Assembly: GCA_965649765.1 (NCBI GenBank)
Contig: OZ287752.1
Coordinates: 87,482,001-87,546,000 of the forward strand
Length of the DNA stretch: 64,000 bases
Direction: 5' to 3'
Source of the DNA: Bispira polyomma
Lineage: Eukaryota
Shown here: positions 47,946 through 60,790 of the stretch, in pieces
Position numbering within the stretch: the first letter of the stretch is position 1
Layout of the letters: every line of letters begins with the position of its first letter
The notes under the pieces: model-generated
Told to the model about the DNA's origin: nothing
Databases searched by the model: none
What the model saw: only the letters and a program-made list of their open reading frames with translations
Position numbers and translations under genes: made by a program

Positions 47946-50234
47946 CACATGAGCACTTTGTTTATTTTTATTTGAGTAAAATTCTTATTACAGTTGAGTC
48001 AAGAAACAGCCTTGCTCAACTTTGAGATTTAGTTTAACCCCAAATTTGAGTGTGTCATCATAGCAACTGAGCAAAAACTAAGAGTGGTGTCTAGGCTTCT
48101 TGGGTGGTTTTCAATAATACATTTGAAGGTATACAGCTTTCTGACAATGTTCTTATTGATCAACTAGATGAATGATTTAAAGCTGCTTGTGCTTCCAGTA
48201 ACTATAAGTATCTCCAAGTTGTAGATCCGTACCCCAGCTCAACACTCACAGTACTGGAAAATAACAGCCAGCCGTCTTCCCATACCTATTCCTTATAGGA
48301 TAACCACAACTTAGGCGAAGATCTTCTCTGTTGTATGTTGGTTAGAGGCTTCCAATGTACAGCTATGTAGGTAACTTGAGAAGGTGGAGGAGAAGCCGGG
48401 TAGTTCAAGCCGCATAGCATCACCTAATCACATGATTTGAGGTGGTACGGTGGCAGAAAGTAGGATGCAGGACCAATTACCACCCTCCCCTCCCCCTGTA
48501 GATATCATGAACTGTCTTATACACATGAGTCCAGACAAGAGGTTTAGCATCCCAACCACACACATGTGACATTTGACAACAATTACCATAGCGATGGTAT
48601 CGTTCAGAGTTTAGACACTCTTAGGACATTCCCAAACATCTACATGGCAGTCACAAAATAGCTTTCCGATTTTAAAACACTTGCCCAAAGAGACATAACC
48701 AAAGGTACGATGAGTGTAAGGCAGAAATCGGGTCAAAGAGTCAAACCAGTCAGAGTGAGGAAAGTGATCCACAGCCACTGACACATTACACCTTAGTGAT
48801 GAGAGTAGAAGAGTCGATTTCTTTTTTTAATCTATTTGAGTTCTAAATATATAGGGGGTATTAACCATATATATATATAGATATATATGTAAGCCTAGTA
48901 TTGGGGCTTTCGATGATAACAACGATTTTGTATTGTTTGCATATACACTGGTCAAAATAAAATACGACTCAGACATATAAATGTTGGTAATATCAAAATT
49001 GTAGAGAATTATTTTGATATGTATTTGTATTAACATATCTATTTTCCTTATTCTACGTTATTGTTGCTTCTAAATTTGTTTACTCCCTTCAACACCTTTG
49101 GCACCAGAATCAAGCCATAGGTCCAACTCGACCCCATCACACATACCTATTGTGCCTGTATCGTGATAGCGGTTTCATAATTCATTATGCACTACGACTT
49201 TCTAAGAAACCTTAATTATGTCCTACTTATACTGGTGTATTGTAAACAAATCTGTGTATATTGGACTTAAAACATACGCATTCTGTCTTATCGCCAGGAC
49301 TCTCTTTAACTCATTGGTGCATTGTCTCTTATCGCCAGGACTCTTTTCAACTCAATGATGCATTCTGTATTATCGCCAGAACTCTTTTCAACTCATTGGT
49401 GCATTTTGCAGCAGAATCGTTTAATCTTGCATTTTTCTTTGTAATGTCATTCACATTCTGAAAACCCCCCACTATTTTCAGGGCTTCAAAAAACATCAAG
49501 AAAAGGAAATTTATAACAGATTAAACATTTAATAGGCAATTAAATTTGCTGTTGAAGATTTAGAAGAAAGAGATCACGCTTATTTAAACTGAGAATGTTT
49601 ATATCAATACTGTAGCTTTTATGTTTGATACTTCAATATCATTCAAACAATAAATTGCAGCACCTGAAACACTTGCTGGTAATTTCCCATAGTTTCCTCG
49701 GATCCAATGTCAAGGTATGATAATAAGGTGAGGTAACACAGAAAAAGATTTATTTGTATTTAAATGAGTAAAATTTACTAAGGTTGTTTACACAGTTTTA
49801 ATTTAGAGTAAGTGTATAAGGTCACCATAAATTAAGGTTATGAATTTGGTTAGGTTAGATCAAAGAGTAGATTATGTACTCGATCATGTAAGATGACATT
49901 ATGCACAGAGAACGTCATACGTCTTTTAGTGTCAATACAATGCACTAAGTTATGACACTAATAATTGTAAAATAGAATGTATTTTCAGCTGACAAAATAG
50001 ATGTGTCAGACCACCATACATGCAACAAGTACAAAGTAAACAAGTCAAATTACATAGTAAACTACCATTTTAATTAGCTTTAAAATATGTGATGTGCTCA
50101 TATATAATGAAGACTATCTGATTAGTTTACCTAGGTCCATGGAGCCACTCCTGTTATGTTTAAAACAGTTTAGTAAAGATGCTGTGAAAATGCAGCACCC
50201 AAAACACAAGGTATTGTCAATATACAACAGCCAC

Positions 50235-50714
50235 TAACCCCTAACCTTTACTTGTACATGTGTAAGCCTTTAGGGTTTAAACTAGGGCCTAACCTTTACC
50301 TGTACATGTGTAAGCCTATAGGGTTTAAACTAGGCCCTAACCTTTACTTGTACATGTGTAAGCCTTTAGGATTTAAACTAGCCTCTAACCTTTACCTGTA
50401 CATGTGTAAGCCTTTTGGGTTTAAACTAGCCCCTAACCTTTACCTGTACATGTGTAAGCCTTGTGGGTTTAAACTAGCCCCTAACCTTTATCTGTACATG
50501 TGTAGTCCTTTTGGGTTTAAACTAGCCCCTAACATTTATCTGTACATGTGTAAGCCTTTAGGGTTTAAACTAACCCCTAACCTTTACTTGTACATGTGTA
50601 AGCCTTTTGGGTTTAAACTAGGCCCTAACCTTTACTTCTACATGTGTAAGCCTTTAGGGTTTAAACTAGGCCCTAACCTTTATCTGTACATGTGTAGGCC
50701 TTTGGGGTTTAAAT
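50235..50714. repeat. 48-bp minisatellite, ~10 copies
   Basis: CCCTAACCTTTACTTGTACATGTGTAAGCCTTTAGGGTTTAAACTAGG; gives the 16-aa periodic ORF 50252-50836. Confidence 0.95.
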
Positions 50715-50928
50715 TGCGCCATAATTCCCTAATTTCAGGCACTTTCCAAGCTCTGTTCAGAATTTATCATTGTTATCAAACTTTTTTTATGCCTATTTTT
50801 ATTGTGACGAATTCTACAGCGCTAAATCGTAATTAGAATAAAAAAATTAGAAATAATAAAAAGGGACAGTCCAAATAAAGAGAGCAACTGATATCCACCA
50901 AGGGAGCTATGGACGGAAAGCTATCATT

Positions 50929-51981
50929 GGGTGAAATGGGTGAAATGTCTAACAAGGAGCCAAGGGAGATCGAATTGAATGGGTGAAATTTCTAACAGGG
51001 AGCCAAGGGAGATTCCTCTGAATGGGTGAAATGTCTAACAAGGAGCCAAGGGAGATCGAATTGAATGGGTGAAATGTCTAACAAGGAGCCAAGGGAGATT
51101 CCTCTGAATGGATGAAATGTCTAACTGGGGACCAAGGGAGATCGATTTGAATGGATGAAATGTCTAACTGGGGGCCAGGGGGGGATCCATTTGAATGGGT
51201 GAAATGTCTAACAAGGAGCCAAGGGAGATCCCTTTGAATGGGTGAAATATGTAACAGGAAGCCAAGGGAGATCCCTTTAAATGGGGAAAATGTGTAACAG
51301 GGAGCCAAGGAAGATCCCTTTAAATGGGTCAAATGTGTAACAGGGAGCCAAGGGAGATTTCTTTAGATGAGTAAAATGTGTAACAGGAAGCCAAGGGAGA
51401 TCTCTTCGAATGGGTAAAATGTGTAACAGGGAGCCAAGGGAGATCTCTTTAGATGGGTAAAATGTGTAACAGGGAGCCAAGGGAGATCCCTTTAAATGGG
51501 TAAAATGTGTAACAGGGAGCCAAGGGAGATCTCTTTAGATGGGTAAAATATCTAACAGGGAGCCAAGAGAGATGACTTTAAATGGGTAAAATGTGTAACA
51601 GGAAGCCAAGGGAGATTTCTTTGAATGGGTAAAATGTGTAACAGGGAGCCAAGGGAGATCTCTTTGAATGGGTAAAATGTGTGTAACAGGGAGCCAAGGG
51701 AGATCCCTTTAGATGGGTAAAATGTCTAACAGGGAGCCAAGGGAGATCCCTTTGAATGGGTAAAATGTGTAACAGGGAGCCAAGGGAGATCTCTTTAGAT
51801 GGGTAAAATGTCTGACAGGGAGCCAAGGGAGATCCTTTTGAATGGGTAAAATGTGTAACAGGGAGCCAAGGGAGATCTCTTTAGATGGGTAAAATGTGTA
51901 ACAGGGAGCCAAGGGAGATCCCTTTGAATGGGTGAAATGTGTAACAGGGAGCCAAGGGAGATCCCTTTAAGTAGGTGAAAC
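50929..51981. repeat. 43-bp minisatellite, ~24 copies
   Basis: GGGTAAAATGTGTAACAGGGAGCCAAGGGAGATCTCTTTAGAT. Confidence 0.95.
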
Positions 51982-53155
51982 AAGGGATTGTCTAGTTTTT
52001 GACATGCACTGCAGTTTGATAAAATCCTTATTTTTTTGTCAGACTCGGAAACATTGAACCACCAAAAATTTGCATTTTATTCAGTCATTTCGTGATGTGT
52101 GATACTAGTGTGCATTATGATATTTAAAAAATTCTTAGCTATTTTTAAAGAAAATAGAAAATCACAATGCACTCAATAAATTCCAAACCTTGACTGTGTT
52201 CACAAAAGGTCTTAGTCTTAACTTAGTCTTAATTTAGTCTTAACTTAGTCATAAAGAATAACATTTTGGTCTGAATCCAAGTGACAGCAAGAAAATATTT
52301 TTGGTTAGTGTTAACTTTGCATCTAACACTAAGGCTAATGATAGGTAGTCTTAAATAGTTTAGACATCAATCTTAAGCCTCAGACTAACTTTACACTAAG
52401 ACATTTTCCTCCATAGGGCTCCTGATTTTATTGCAGCGTGCTGGTAAAACAATGGATCACAACGTCCTCATATTGTTTACATTTAAAATAAGCACATGCT
52501 GGATTCACCAGTGGACTAAAAATACCTTGGTTTGGAATTTTGAATTATCTGTCACTGTTGTCAAATTGGTGACATATTTGACAAAGATTAACTATGACCT
52601 GGTTCTGAACCCAGCAATCACTAGATATACACTGCCTCAGATGACCACTTTAAATGATGGTCCTCTGTCATTAGGTCCTATCCCTAGCAGTCAGACTAAA
52701 GGACCTTGGGGACGTCGATAGTAATAGTCTCATCATCAAGCCTGTCACTTTAGTTTGTGTGAATGACAGTACCTAGTGCTGGTTGTACTCTATTTAAAGT
52801 AGGATATTGTTAGAAGATTGACATTTAGCTGGGTTTCAACAGCTTTGCTCTCAACAGCTCAGGTCATATCACGGCAGCTAGGTTTAATAGTGAAAGAAAC
52901 CAGTGCTGAAGACACTTTAAACCACAAACTAGACCAAGCTTTCTGTTGCCGAGACAGTCTTGTTTTATTGATGTGCTGCTGTTAGCGAAAGGGTTGTTTA
53001 CTATAAGAAATCATTTTAAACGTGAGACAGCATATTAACAGCCAACTTTAATTTGTTTTAAATATTCGAAATGATTTTATTTGTATATTTTATTAACCGT
53101 TCACCCTTTTTATTTGGGAAAATCAAGATATGTTACTCAATTTATGTATATTCTG

Positions 53156-53612
53156 GGCCCGTATTCACGAACAGTCTTAAACTAAGCCAAAACTAAGACC
53201 AAGCCATGTCTTAAATCTAAGAATTTTGTCTCAGCTAAGTTTTGTCTTAAAATAGTGTTCTCCAAAGCTAAGACGAACTAAGATTAGCTAAGACTATGTT
53301 AAGACAAAAGTCTTAAATTTGAATTGTTCTACTTACAATAATATAAACTATTATTTACATTTTTACAAGGATTGTTTGCTATTTGATCATAATATCAAAG
53401 TTAAATGTTTATAGCTTGTTATGCACTGCAAATATACAATATTTTATTTGTACAAGTTGTGTAGAAACCCTAAGACTTTTTACTGTAAAATTAAGCCCAC
53501 TACCTACCTGTCTTAAAGTTAAGCCCTTGGCTAAGCTAAAACTTAGGCCCAGCTCCTTTGTGAATTCCCTCTAGGACTAAGACAAAGGTCTTAACTTTAA
53601 GCCTAAGAGGCC
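53156..53612. mobile_element. Decayed MITE of CTAAGAC/GTCTTAG-rich type (relative at ~52195-52420)
   Basis: Left end GGGCCCGTATTCACGAACAG and many internal CTAAGAC/GTCTTA motifs. Boundaries are approximate. Confidence 0.45.
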
Positions 53613-53849
53613 CCTGCTATTTTGTCCAGCATTTTAGATTCGTGTCAGACAGCAATCACGTGACCATCATAAAATGTCAAGGACATCTGTTGTAACCTTT
53701 CCTTTACTTACGTAGATAAAATTGTTTCGATTTTTGATCATGGTTAACTGTAATCATTTGAAATTGTTTATTGTGGGTCTTTTTTATTATATAAAAGTTT
53801 GAATATCTCATTTTGTCAAAATTATTCTTATAGGAAAATTCACATGGAT

Positions 53850-54055
53850 TTCCCTGGTAAGGGATGGTGTGCGCATGCGCCAACAGTTTCTCACAAGCAA
53901 ACAAGGGATGGGACAGAAACTCGATCTAACCATCAACCTCCGTCTTGATAACAAACTTACCACATGAAGGAACAAACGGGATTTAAACCCATACATTGGT
54001 GAGATGCCAGTGGTCGTGAAGCAGGTGCTTCTAACCAGTAGACCACCGTGATCCC
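53850..54055 (-). mobile_element. Old tRNA-derived SINE related to family 1
   Basis: Minus strand CACGGTGGTCTACTGGTTAGAAGCAC..CTTCACGACCACTGG..TCTCACC..GGGTTTAAATCCC. Confidence 0.6.
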
Positions 54056-55929
54056 TTGTGAGCATGTATTACATTACAATTGGTTGAACCTATTTGGAGC
54101 CTAATCGCTGGACTATGGACAATGATATAGTCATTTATGACGGGTTTCCTACATAAATTCCCCTCGTTGCAAACAATATTGTTTTGCCTAAGAATTAGCA
54201 CCAACAATTCTTTAATGCTACCTTACAATTCTCTGTTAATAATCAATAAAATTACTAATTTTAAGTCTCATTAAAGTACCAAATAATGTTTAAATACTGT
54301 CAAACATCAAAATCTGTGTCATGTTTGTGGGTACTATTCTAACCATTGACTGAAAATGGACAATTTGGTCGTACATAATATAACGGCATTTATATTTGTT
54401 TGTGTTAAATGCTTGTTTTCATAATTAAGTGGATTTTATTTGTATTTTGACGGCGGTGTAACATAATGTAGTAGTTTTTTAAGGAGCTAAATCTTCTCTG
54501 TACGAGAAACTCAGTATGGCCTAATATCCTAGTGATGGGCACACTTCATAGTAAAAGGGCGATAGCCGAGGTCCTTTAACAAAAAGATTAACATTTAAAG
54601 CTACCAAAAAGAAAAGATTGGTCTCCTAGATATTTCCAGATCAATTCCACATATCAGTTCAGGGGGGCAGTGATATATATTTCGTGTGTAAAAAAATGTT
54701 AATGTCTATATTAAGTTTCTTTTGTACTAAAAACGGCCATTTTTCTGAACTGAGTATACAGTATCTCAAATATTGTATAATATCCAAATGGATAACCCTA
54801 GCATGTACATTGTTTAGTCACGGTTGTGAGTTAAAGGTGGCACTTACTGTAAAATGCCTCCTAATCCTGCTCACTGATTGTAGGGGGATAACTGCAGTCG
54901 ACAGGTCTTATGTTGGGACTTAATCCACTTGTCTTGTACCAAATCCCTCCCAATTACCCAAATAGTAGCGTGTGTCCGCACGCCGGCTTGCGTGCTGGCA
55001 AAGTTGTCGAGGTTTTAGTCAGATCCAAAACAGATGCTTTGAGAAGTTTGTGTTACCATAGCGACATGAGGGGGGAATGTGGTTTAAACCAATTAAAGCT
55101 ACTCACAGATTGAGATGAATCATTGCACTAAGTTATAATAACATCAATAAGAAACCCGTATATTCCCTTCTGTATTCATACTTCTCAAACCTTTGTCCTA
55201 AGTTTGGGGAAACTCCTAAAATCACAAATAAATAAAGTTGATTGTTTTTTTTTCTCCGTATTACTGACACAGAACTGTACATATTGTGGTATTTGTGTGA
55301 GTTTTTATTTACAAAAACCTATTATCTGAGTAAATAGAGAGGCTAATCCCTCAGATAACAAAGATAAGATTACAGTAACATCCCCATACCACCGGGTGTA
55401 CACATCAGGATGGCTTTCTTTATTTTTACACAAATCTAAAATACAACACACGAAGGGGATTAGTGTAGGGAAGGATGTTAACTCTGGATTTACACCTCAC
55501 AGCCAGAAACTGTGGAAGGATGTTAACTGGGGATTTACACCTCACAGCCATCAACTGTCAGGATCTGATCTCCCCCGACAGATCACAGACTAAATAAACT
55601 GAATCCTTCTCCTCTCTCCAGGGGCGGAGGGGGGGGGGGGAGGGGAGTGGAAACGTAAGGGGAGTTTAAGGTGACCTTAAACTGGAGGCTGTGACGTCAC
55701 ACTTAGTACTGTATACTTACTTAAGACTTAGAATTATGTAGAATGTTTTATTTTGTGTGGACACATAAAAAGTATGGGTCTATATCATCTAATAACTTCC
55801 AGGTGTTCCATAAGCTTAGGCTTATCTTAGTCTAAGTTGTGTTCTATATCTTTGTGTAGAATTCAGATCTATCTCAAAACTGGCTACATATTGGAGTTCC
55901 TCACTGACTGCTCTATTAAAACCAATGGT

Positions 55930-56170
55930 CACACGTCTAGTTTTTTCCTAATATAATAAGAATAATCTATGTAGTATAAATGAAGTATTAAAGTTTTAAG
56001 TTTAAGGTCAGAGCCCAGTAGTTGTAGTAAGAGATCCACTAGTCTCACACACGTCTAGATTATTCCTGGTATAATAAGAACAATCTCTATATAGGTCCAG
56101 TATTTAAGTTTTAAGTTTTAGGTTTAGAGCCCAGTAGTTGTAGTAAGAGATCTACTAATCTCACATACAC
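55930..56170. repeat. ~117-bp diverged tandem duplication
   Basis: CACACGTCTAG..TATAATAAGAA..AAGTTTTAAGTTT..AGAGCCCAGTAGTTGTAGTAAGAGATC occurs twice. Confidence 0.8.
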
Positions 56171-56888
56171 TGAAGTATGATCTACTCTAGTGTAAACACT
56201 GTATAAAGATATTCCTATCTGCACCTACTTTAACCCCCCCCCCCCCCCACACACACACACAGGTAAAGGGGTGAGAGGGGGACATCAAATTACTTAACTA
56301 CTGCATCAGATACTTGAACACATATGGTGCTCAATAAACCCAGCTGTATTCGGAGTAAAAACACAAAACTTAGATATGCTTAAACTCGGCTTATTTTGCT
56401 CAACCTCTTTTTGTCTTTGATAGCTAGGTAGATGATATTAAGGTGACTTAAACATTAGGGTAAGTGAGTGCTAAGTACAAACATCTGGGTGTCTGTCAGT
56501 AATCACAGGTTAAGTGTTCACTCGAAGTAAGACTCTGTTTAAACTCCCGGATTTTTACACACTATTTTTTTGTACACAATCATTTGGTGTCCAGGGTCTG
56601 AGTACAAAATACATGTCAATCAGAATAAGCCCCGCCTACTCTTAATTCTACGACTACAGCCAAATACAATGTACATCTAGAAGTGTGAATTATAACCGAA
56701 AATTTTTTTTCCCAAATTTAAAACCGTTTGAGACATTCGCTGAAATTGATTTTAACTTCTTGTCTATTTTTCGTCAGTGAAATCATCAAATACAAGTTTA
56801 AATTGTCAGTCAGTATGAATTAAGTTTAAATTTTGTTCAGTTTTATATTAGCTAAAGTTCTGTTTCAAATGTGCATTTACATGAAAGT

Positions 56889-57415
56889 TCACTTGTAATA
56901 CTTGTCAAAGAGATATTTCTTAACTTTTATCCTAAACAGTTTTAGATTGTTACAGTCCTTGATGTAGCAGGGTAACTCATTCCACAATGATGGGCAGCTC
57001 ACACTGAATGATCTTGATGCAAAAGTGTGTCGGCTTGTTTTTGGTACAAGAAGATTGTTTGAGAAAGTCAAGGATCTGAGTCCTTTTCTGAACGCTGGTT
57101 TTTGAGTCAGCAGGTTTTGCAAATATTCTGGAGCATTTCCTTGCAGGCAATTGTACACAAACACCATAATTTTGAATTCAATCCTGGCAGCAGTTGGTAG
57201 CCAGTGAAGTAGCTTTCTGGATTCAGTCGAGCTTTCATATTTTGTCCTGTTAAGTACTAATTTGGCAACTATATTTTGAACTCTTTGCAATTTCTTGATT
57301 GAGTTTTGTGGTAAACCAAACAGAACACTATTGCAAAAATCGAGATGTGACATTACTAAGCCTAGAACTAGTGTGTGTGTTGCTTCCATTGTAAGTGTGG
57401 ATCTGATGTTTCTAA
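56889..57415 (-). mobile_element. L2/CR1-group LINE ORF2 C-terminal fragment
   Basis: LVMSHLDFCNSVLFGLP..IKKLQRVQN..LHWLP..RIEFKI..APEYL..RSFSVSCPSLWNELP..KKYLF. Confidence 0.9.
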
Positions 57416-57479
57416 TTACTTGATTCTAGGTTATTCATTTGCTCTATTAAATGAAATATGACATTTGTTATAGCACACT

Positions 57480-57782
57480 TACAGGACACAGTGTCCTTTC
57501 AAATGCATGCACTTCCTCATGGCCAGCCACTTTGGGCATCGAGGCTTGCTTGAGAATGACCATTTATTAAGGTCCCCAAGGATCTTTAATCTACCACTGG
57601 TTATAGGACTTAGTGACACAGGATCGTCATTTTAAGTGGTCAACCGAGTCATTAGCTATACTTGTGTTCACATCTTGCCCAAGGATGTTATCCCACCAAA
57701 TGAAACTAGTGGCCAGTACCGAGAGTAGAACTGGGACCTTCTGATCATCAGACCAATACTCTAACCACTAGAGCTCGTGGGA
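57480..57782 (-). mobile_element. Old tRNA-derived SINE with a CORE-like segment
   Basis: Minus strand CTCTAGTGGTTAGAG..GAAGGTCCCAGTTCTACTC, then TCCTTGGGCAAGATGTGAACAC. Confidence 0.6.
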
Positions 57783-58794
57783 TCACATTAAACTCTTACC
57801 AAGACCTTCTGTAAAGTGGTGTTCACACTATGACAGAAAACATGGGGCACCATGTTCAAACTTCCTCCAAGTTTAGACTCCTTCTCAAACCTTCTGCCTC
57901 ACTAAGGTGGAACTAGCTAGAAAAATTCTTACGACTATTTCCGTTTGTGACTGCCCATGAGGAAGGGCATTTGAAAAGACGCTGTGTTCAATTTCATACA
58001 TTCATATGTGCATCTGTTTATGTCAATATAACTTACCTAGACTGGCATCAAGGGGTATATTTAGCTCGATGGCACAGCCGATTTAATAGTTGGAAGGACA
58101 AAAAGTTTACAGTAAATTTGGTTACTACCTTCTGGTACTGTCTGGTAACGCCTACCATACCGCCAATATGTGAAAGGGGCATTAGAAGTAATCAGGTAAG
58201 TTAAAGTCTCAGGTAGCAGTCTAGCCTAGACAGGGCTAGTCTCCTTTGTTACTAAAAGGGAACTCAGTGGAGTGTATACCTCTTCCAATGTAATACAGGG
58301 CTCAAAAGTACAAATTATTGATCCATTCTTTTTACTCCAGTCAACTACAAACTTTACTGGGGTTTTCTTTGGGTCACCCCTGCAATAAATCCATGCAATA
58401 TTTTACTCTGTAATCTTAGTTCGCAACATAAGACAAAAAACCAACGGGCGAAGTGATGGCATTATGGCTGAAGTCATATGGCATGTAAAGAATCCTAGCT
58501 TTGTCAATGACACATTCTTTCTATATACCTTGTATCACAGCTGGGTGGTAGAGCTAAATACGTCTGGTATGGACAGATGGTACTGCTTCTAAGAGCAGCT
58601 TATGTTAAAATAAATGGCTGTATGTTTTAAATTTATTTTCAATCTCACTGATTTTTTTTTAAACAAACGTATGCCTCAAGAATTATCAAAATATAATATA
58701 ATTATTACTAGATATAGTGTAATTAGGACAATCACTGTTATCTAATGTACTTTGAAATTATTACTCCAGCCTGGGTTCTTCCACTTGTCAACCA

Positions 58795-59037
58795 AATGTT
58801 CAGTCTCAGCTCCCCAAGGAAGCATACTAACAGTGCTGTCACCTACATCGCACAAATATTAACATCCATTGGTGGCCAGATACCCATTTATACACCTGGG
58901 TGGAGAGGGACCACCTTATGTGAAGTACCCTTGTCCAATGTTATAATCACCAGGCCTGCAGCAAGAATCGAACCTGGACTCTTGGATCCCTCAGATCCAA
59001 AGTTCCGACACTCTAACAGCCAGGCCCAAGAGACCCC
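58795..59037 (-). mobile_element. tRNA-derived SINE family 2 (CORE-like)
   Basis: B box GGTTCGATTC; CTCTCCACCCAGGTGTATAAATGGGTATC; AGTATGCTTCCTTGGGGAGCTGAG. Matches 36314-36630. Confidence 0.75.
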
Positions 59038-59644
59038 CAAAATGTATGGTTTTAACACTCATCTATCAATGAGTGAAGTTCACAGTGGTCGGTGAGCTTT
59101 TCACTAGTAGATCTATTAGAAGTAGAATGATTGATTTCTAGAGCTCCAAACACTATAACTAGACAATAACGACTGCGCTTTACATAAATTAATTAATTTT
59201 CAGAGATTACACAGTTCTCTACTTCTGTTTTACACATGATATTCTCTTGCAAAAAGATGCCATTTTTATTGTAGTTTTAAAAACTGCTCTAGAGTGGTGC
59301 CATTCCTGATTTGGTAAGGTAGTTGATTTCCATAACACTGGTGCAAACACACTGAACAAACGTAAGAGTACTTTTATGATAACTTACATGTGTTCTGATA
59401 CATTGGAATCTGTTCTCAAATGTCGAAGTTTGTTGACAAATTTTGAGCCTTTGAAAACATACTACAATAATACGGTCAAATAGTGAAACACTTTGGCTGA
59501 AAACAATGGTCAAATATGTTTTTATCGAGTTTTATGAAGGTGACACTCGTTTGGTGTTTGAAAATAGACAAATTTCAACAGAAATGGGAAGCTTTTCATG
59601 GAAACAAACAGAGTGTTTGAATTATTATTATGGAGTTCACCAAA

Positions 59645-59830
59645 GACAGGCGGAAAATGACACTTTATTACACCCGAAGCAGTTCAGGGGGCGGCGCATG
59701 CGCGTGGAATTTTTAGAGAAATCTACCAATCAGAGTAGCTATGCCCCGCCCACACTGAGTGACATGACAGCAGATGCCGTTAATTTCACGCTAAGCCCCG
59801 CCCTCAATAAGAGGGCCTTTCAAAATTTCA
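59645..59830 (+). promoter_or_regulatory. TATA-less Pol II promoter
   Basis: Local CpG enrichment with E2F-like GGCGGAAAA (59649-59657), GC boxes (59687-59694, 59743-59751, 59795-59803), NRF-1 GCGCATGCGC (59694-59703), CCAAT (59726-59730) and CHR-like TTCAAA (59819-59824). Confidence 0.7.
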
Positions 59831-60390
59831 CTCAGATCCTTCTGGGTTTTCCTGTAAATTACTTCTCATCAGCCGAAACTGCTTAAGGTTTGGGGGGAAA
59901 TTGTGTCGGTAATTGTGATTAAAAGTGTGATTATAGCAAGTACTAGTTGTTCTTTAGTGATTTCACTGGATATAAATACATCATTTAGGTTGATGGCAGA
60001 TTTGTCAAAAAATTCTAGGAAGTGTATGTTTTTAAGGTTTCAACTGTAGAATATATGATTAAACACTTCTCAGCCGTAAATAGCAGTGTGTAAATGTCGT
60101 CTGCTTATTGTGTCAGGTAGTTTAGAACGTCTGACTGATCCATTCGCTTGCCAGACTGTGACATCACTCTGAGATCTTTAATGGCAGACAAGTGAAAATC
60201 CCAGGAATACATGTTTCTAAGGTCTACAGTTCTTTACAGTGCTAGATATTTGTATCACTTAGTTTAGAACGTACTATTGATCACTTCTCTACTCAAGATA
60301 CCAGTGTGTGACGTTACAGTGGGTGTATGACGTCACCGTGACGTCACTCTGAGATCTTGCGTCCACAGACACAATCACTAACTGGTCACT

Positions 60391-60790
60391 ATGGAGGTTA
60401 ATCGACTGTCACTGCAGTCAAACCGTTATGCCAACCAGCTGCCCCACCACCGGGTGAACCATCAGCTCTCAGCTTTAGACTACACAGTGAGGGTAACAGA
60501 GGCATTCCCAGTGCATGTGTCAAATGACGTCACAGGGAACTCCCTGAGTAGTCAAATTAGTATAGACGTGAGAGAGAAATCGCTGGAGAGTTATGACGTC
60601 ATCGGGAAATCCCAAGAAATGAGTACTGACATCAGAGGGACATCCCCAGACAGCTGTGACGTCACTCGTCACGTGACCCCTGCCTCTGAGGGGGAGGAGG
60701 AGGTAGATGTGGAGAGTTTTGAGGACACAGACGATTCAACCGCCATCTTAGAAGATGATGACGTCACATCAGATACTGTCTCAGATGAGG
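60391..60790 (+). CDS. First coding exon of an unidentified gene; acidic, probably disordered N-terminus
   Basis: ACTATGG Kozak context, 133 non-repetitive codons, donor GAGG|GTGAGT (phase 1), and a location downstream of the promoter. Contains EEEVDVES. Confidence 0.75.

Noticed and set aside
50235-50714. Interstitial telomere or chromosome fusion site
   Set aside because: There are only isolated hexamers inside a 48-bp monomer and no (TTAGGG)n tracts.
59506-59886. 126-aa ORF
   Set aside because: It overlies the promoter motifs and has no recognisable domain or splice support. It is likely open by chance in locally GC-richer DNA.
60680-60720. Myc or Mad/Mxi orthologue suggested by EEEVDVES
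   Set aside because: No Myc boxes I/II or bHLH-Zip precede the motif, and the motif alone is not diagnostic.
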